Positions 61,332 through 64,000 of a DNA stretch of 64,000 bases are shown in pieces. The stretch is from Promethearchaeota archaeon (lineage in GTDB: Archaea; Asgardarchaeota; Heimdallarchaeia; Hodarchaeales; Hodarchaeaceae): assembly GCA_048938105.1 (NCBI GenBank), contig JBHLMN010000001.1, forward strand, positions 128,001-192,000. Reading direction: 5' to 3'. The position numbers were made by a program, and so were the translations under genes. Within the stretch, counting starts at the first letter, position 1. Every line of letters starts with the position of its first letter. The notes beneath the pieces were generated by a model that made no database searches, was not told where the DNA came from, and saw nothing but the letters and a program-made list of their open reading frames with translations.

Positions 61332-61572
61332 TTGAAAGACCTCTTATGTATAAAACCATTGTTGCTTGAAATTTTCGATTTTATTAGCAAATTGATGGAT
61401 TTAGATATCTCTTATTTATTTAAATAATTAAAATTAGATGATAGAATATTATGAGAAGATCTTATGTGTAAAGATTTTAAACAGTTGTATATGGAATATT
61501 ACTGATTTTGATCTATAAATAATCAGTCTGGTTACATAATAGAACTTATAAGGAGGGAAAGCTGAATTTACA

Positions 61573-63348
61573 TTAACCGATATCTCCTTTTAATTTTAAT
61601 ACTCGGACATTCTCACCAATTTTATAGATTATGTCACTATTTTCCACAACTTTTTCCAAATCAAACGTTCTGAAATATTTGAGACCTGTCACATAAATTA
61701 CCCATATTTTAAGACTTTCATTATAAATTTGTGCTAGAATATTGTTAAAAAAAGCATTATCATTAATGATCTCTTCGGATTTTTCTGGTGTACAAACCCA
61801 AGATCCAGTTAATGCCACTATTCTCCTCCTAAGCGGATATCCATTAACCAATAACATGTCCCATAGACTAGAATCGCTTTCATTTCCATCTTTCAGGATA
61901 TCTAAAGCGGAATTAGCTATTTCGTCTAAATAAGTTCTATTGAGTGTTACTTCTTCATCAAGACTATATTTTCCTTGAAAAACTATAAATCTGAAGGAAC
62001 CATAACTACTAAGCAGTAAAATTATAAATATAATCGTTTTTGTATGTCTTTCCCTAAAAATTTTAAAATATGTAAAGATAGAATGATGTGTTCTTTTCAT
62101 ATCAAGAGAAAATGTAGGAGGATTTTTAGCAAAAACTAACCAATATGAAATTAAAAAGCCTAAGAATAGATTTCCAACAGAATTAAATTGATTGTGTAGC
62201 TTAACTAATGGCCTCTCTAATCCTAAGCGAGCTCCAAAATCCCAAAATTGCATTAAAACAGAAGTGGATTGAATGAGTACAATTAATATAATAATAAACA
62301 TTATATTTCTTTTAGAATGTATGAAGTTCTTTTCTTCGATGTCTATTATATCAAACAGAAATAATATCCATAAACATCCTAAAATTACGTAAAATAAAGA
62401 TTCTTTAATGTTGATTGGTGCTTTAAGTAAAAATGTACTCCAAAATAAGCTAGGAACCGATGTATAATAAACATTTTTAGGAAGATTGCTTTTGAACCAA
62501 GAACAAAACTTGAATTCTTCAAGACTTGAGGCAATTGACCACATTATTATAAAAATCAAGGATATTAAATAGATTAGAGAGAAGATGTTTCGTTGTTTGA
62601 ATTCGAAAAAATAATTCTTGAAAATCGTAATGTTTGAAATAAATAGGAGAATGATGGGTAAAATAATGAGTATGATGAGAAAAAATATTTCTATTCTCTT
62701 TAAGAAGTTATGATCTCTTGAACCAACAGATAAATAAAAAGTAAAAGCAACCCCAGTGTATATTACTAGCATTAAAACAACTTCATGGGTCAATGCGGCA
62801 ATTATGAACACAATAATTGTCAGAGCCATTCGTAACATAAATTTAAGCTCTGTTTGTTCTTGCTTTCGACTTGTCATATAAAGGTATAAACCAATAAAAT
62901 AGAAAGCAAGGGCACTAGTAAGCCTAATTCGATATAAAAACATGATATACGCTCCAAATTGTCCAAGTGTTGTAAATATCAAAACACTGAAACGCAATAT
63001 AATTTTCTCATTTGATAAAGCTGACATTATTAGTCTTGAAATAATCGTGAAAATACAGAAAACAGAAATTAATCGGATATAAAAAATCAATTCTAAATAC
63101 CCTCCAGCTTCTTTAATTCCAAGAAAATAACTAATATAACCGAAAATTGTGAAAAAGAAATCTGTTCCTATATTTGTAGTCTCACCACCTGAAACAAAGA
63201 TTCGGATATAATATTCGATATCTTTAAGCCCAATTTGAGACTTGCTTGTCGGATAAACAAGAAAAAGAGGTAAAACCCCAATGGTGCCACTTAAAAGTGA
63301 CAATAACAGATTTAATCTTTTATTTTCACCAACGATATGTTTAGACAT
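61573..63348 (-). CDS. Polytopic membrane protein (possible GT-C / polymerase)
   Basis: About 13 TMs; LKDIEYY first loop, LTH motif; soluble C-terminal domain. Confidence 0.5.
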   Translation of the reverse strand: MSKHIVGENKRLNLLLSLLSGTIGVLPLFLVYPTSKSQIGLKDIEYYIRIFVSGGETTNIGTDFFFTIFGYISYFLGIKEAGGYLELIFYIRLISVFCIFTIISRLIMSALSNEKIILRFSVLIFTTLGQFGAYIMFLYRIRLTSALAFYFIGLYLYMTSRKQEQTELKFMLRMALTIIVFIIAALTHEVVLMLVIYTGVAFTFYLSVGSRDHNFLKRIEIFFLIILIILPIILLFISNITIFKNYFFEFKQRNIFSLIYLISLIFIIMWSIASSLEEFKFCSWFKSNLPKNVYYTSVPSLFWSTFLLKAPINIKESLFYVILGCLWILFLFDIIDIEEKNFIHSKRNIMFIIILIVLIQSTSVLMQFWDFGARLGLERPLVKLHNQFNSVGNLFLGFLISYWLVFAKNPPTFSLDMKRTHHSIFTYFKIFRERHTKTIIFIILLLSSYGSFRFIVFQGKYSLDEEVTLNRTYLDEIANSALDILKDGNESDSSLWDMLLVNGYPLRRRIVALTGSWVCTPEKSEEIINDNAFFNNILAQIYNESLKIWVIYVTGLKYFRTFDLEKVVENSDIIYKIGENVRVLKLKGDIG

Positions 63349-63552
63349 TTTTAATGTCTCGTAAAAATTTAACTTGAGTAAGAGCTCATTAAATCTTGTC
63401 CTTTTTAAAACTGATTTGATGACCTTGAATTTCCAGATATTTGTATTTTATCCTACTCGATAAGATATAGTATGATAGATATAAGATAAAAAGCTAATTA
63501 TAAAATCAAGTCTTCAATTCACACTTTTTGAATACGAAAATTGGTGGTTGGT

Positions 63553-64000
63553 ATGAAAAACCTCAGTGTTGCTATACATGGTACTGGATTCATTGGGTTG
63601 GTCAGTGGTTGCTGTTTTGCAATTAAAGGCTTTAAAGCTATTAATTCAACATTTAATGCAAAAAATTGTGAAAAGATCAATAAAGGTGAGTCACCCTTCT
63701 TTGAGAATGGGCTTTCAGAGTTACTTAGAAAAGCTATTAACTCTGGGAACTTTAAATGTGTTATTGGACGTGAAGATGCGGTTAAAGAATCAGATATCAG
63801 TATGATAGCCGTCGGTACCCCTATGAGAAAGGATAATAGCATTGATTTGCAATTCATCGAACAAACAGCTCGACAGCTCGGTCAAGCTCTTAGAAAAAAA
63901 GACAATTATCACACCCTTGTGGTCAGGTCTACCGTGGTTCCTGGAACCACGAGAAATTTGGTAGGTAGATTGATTGAAGAAGAATCTGGGAAGAAAATGG
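63553..64000 (+). CDS. UDP-glucose/GDP-mannose 6-dehydrogenase (5' part; runs off window end)
   Basis: Not in the ORF track. Read manually: MKNLSVAIHGTGFIGL...KINKGESPFFENGL...IAVGTP...VVRSTVVPGTT. Confidence 0.92.
   Translation, partial: MKNLSVAIHGTGFIGLVSGCCFAIKGFKAINSTFNAKNCEKINKGESPFFENGLSELLRKAINSGNFKCVIGREDAVKESDISMIAVGTPMRKDNSIDLQFIEQTARQLGQALRKKDNYHTLVVRSTVVPGTTRNLVGRLIEEESGKKM

Overview
AT-rich archaeal chromosomal segment, most likely from an Asgard archaeon (Heimdallarchaeia/Hodarchaeales-like). This placement is inferred from archaeal-type gene families, GGTG-type ribosome-binding sites, many TTG/GTG starts, and the repertoire of FtsX, GT-C and beta-helix surface proteins; there is no marker gene in the window. 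1-6 kb: a truncated FtsX permease, an AEC-family transporter and a BtuFCD/FecCD-type ABC importer. 7.6-12 kb: radical SAM enzyme, trmO, an orphaned 5' fragment of amrS, a free-standing HTH-LAGLIDADG endonuclease and a complete amrS. 12-18 kb: a regulator, a URO-D-family enzyme and an FtsX permease pair. 18.4-64 kb: a surface-glycosylation region of at least 45 kb. It encodes a pseudaminic-acid-like (nonulosonic acid) pathway with tailoring enzymes, UDP-glucuronate/UDP-xylose synthesis, an NDP-6-deoxyhexose module, GT2/GT4/GT-C transferases, two flippases, two PAPS-type sulfotransferases plus a membrane-anchored aryl-sulfate sulfotransferase, and a beta-helix surface protein with recent 135-bp and 201-bp tandem duplications. 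Best candidate for a novel system: a splicing-free homing element in which the endonuclease sits at the codon preceding the radical-SAM CxxxCxxC motif and is followed by a divergent replacement 5' end of amrS. Second candidate: a sialic-acid-like, sulfated, uronic-acid/xylose glycan system in a probable Asgard archaeon. No rRNA, tRNA, CRISPR array or transposase was recognised.
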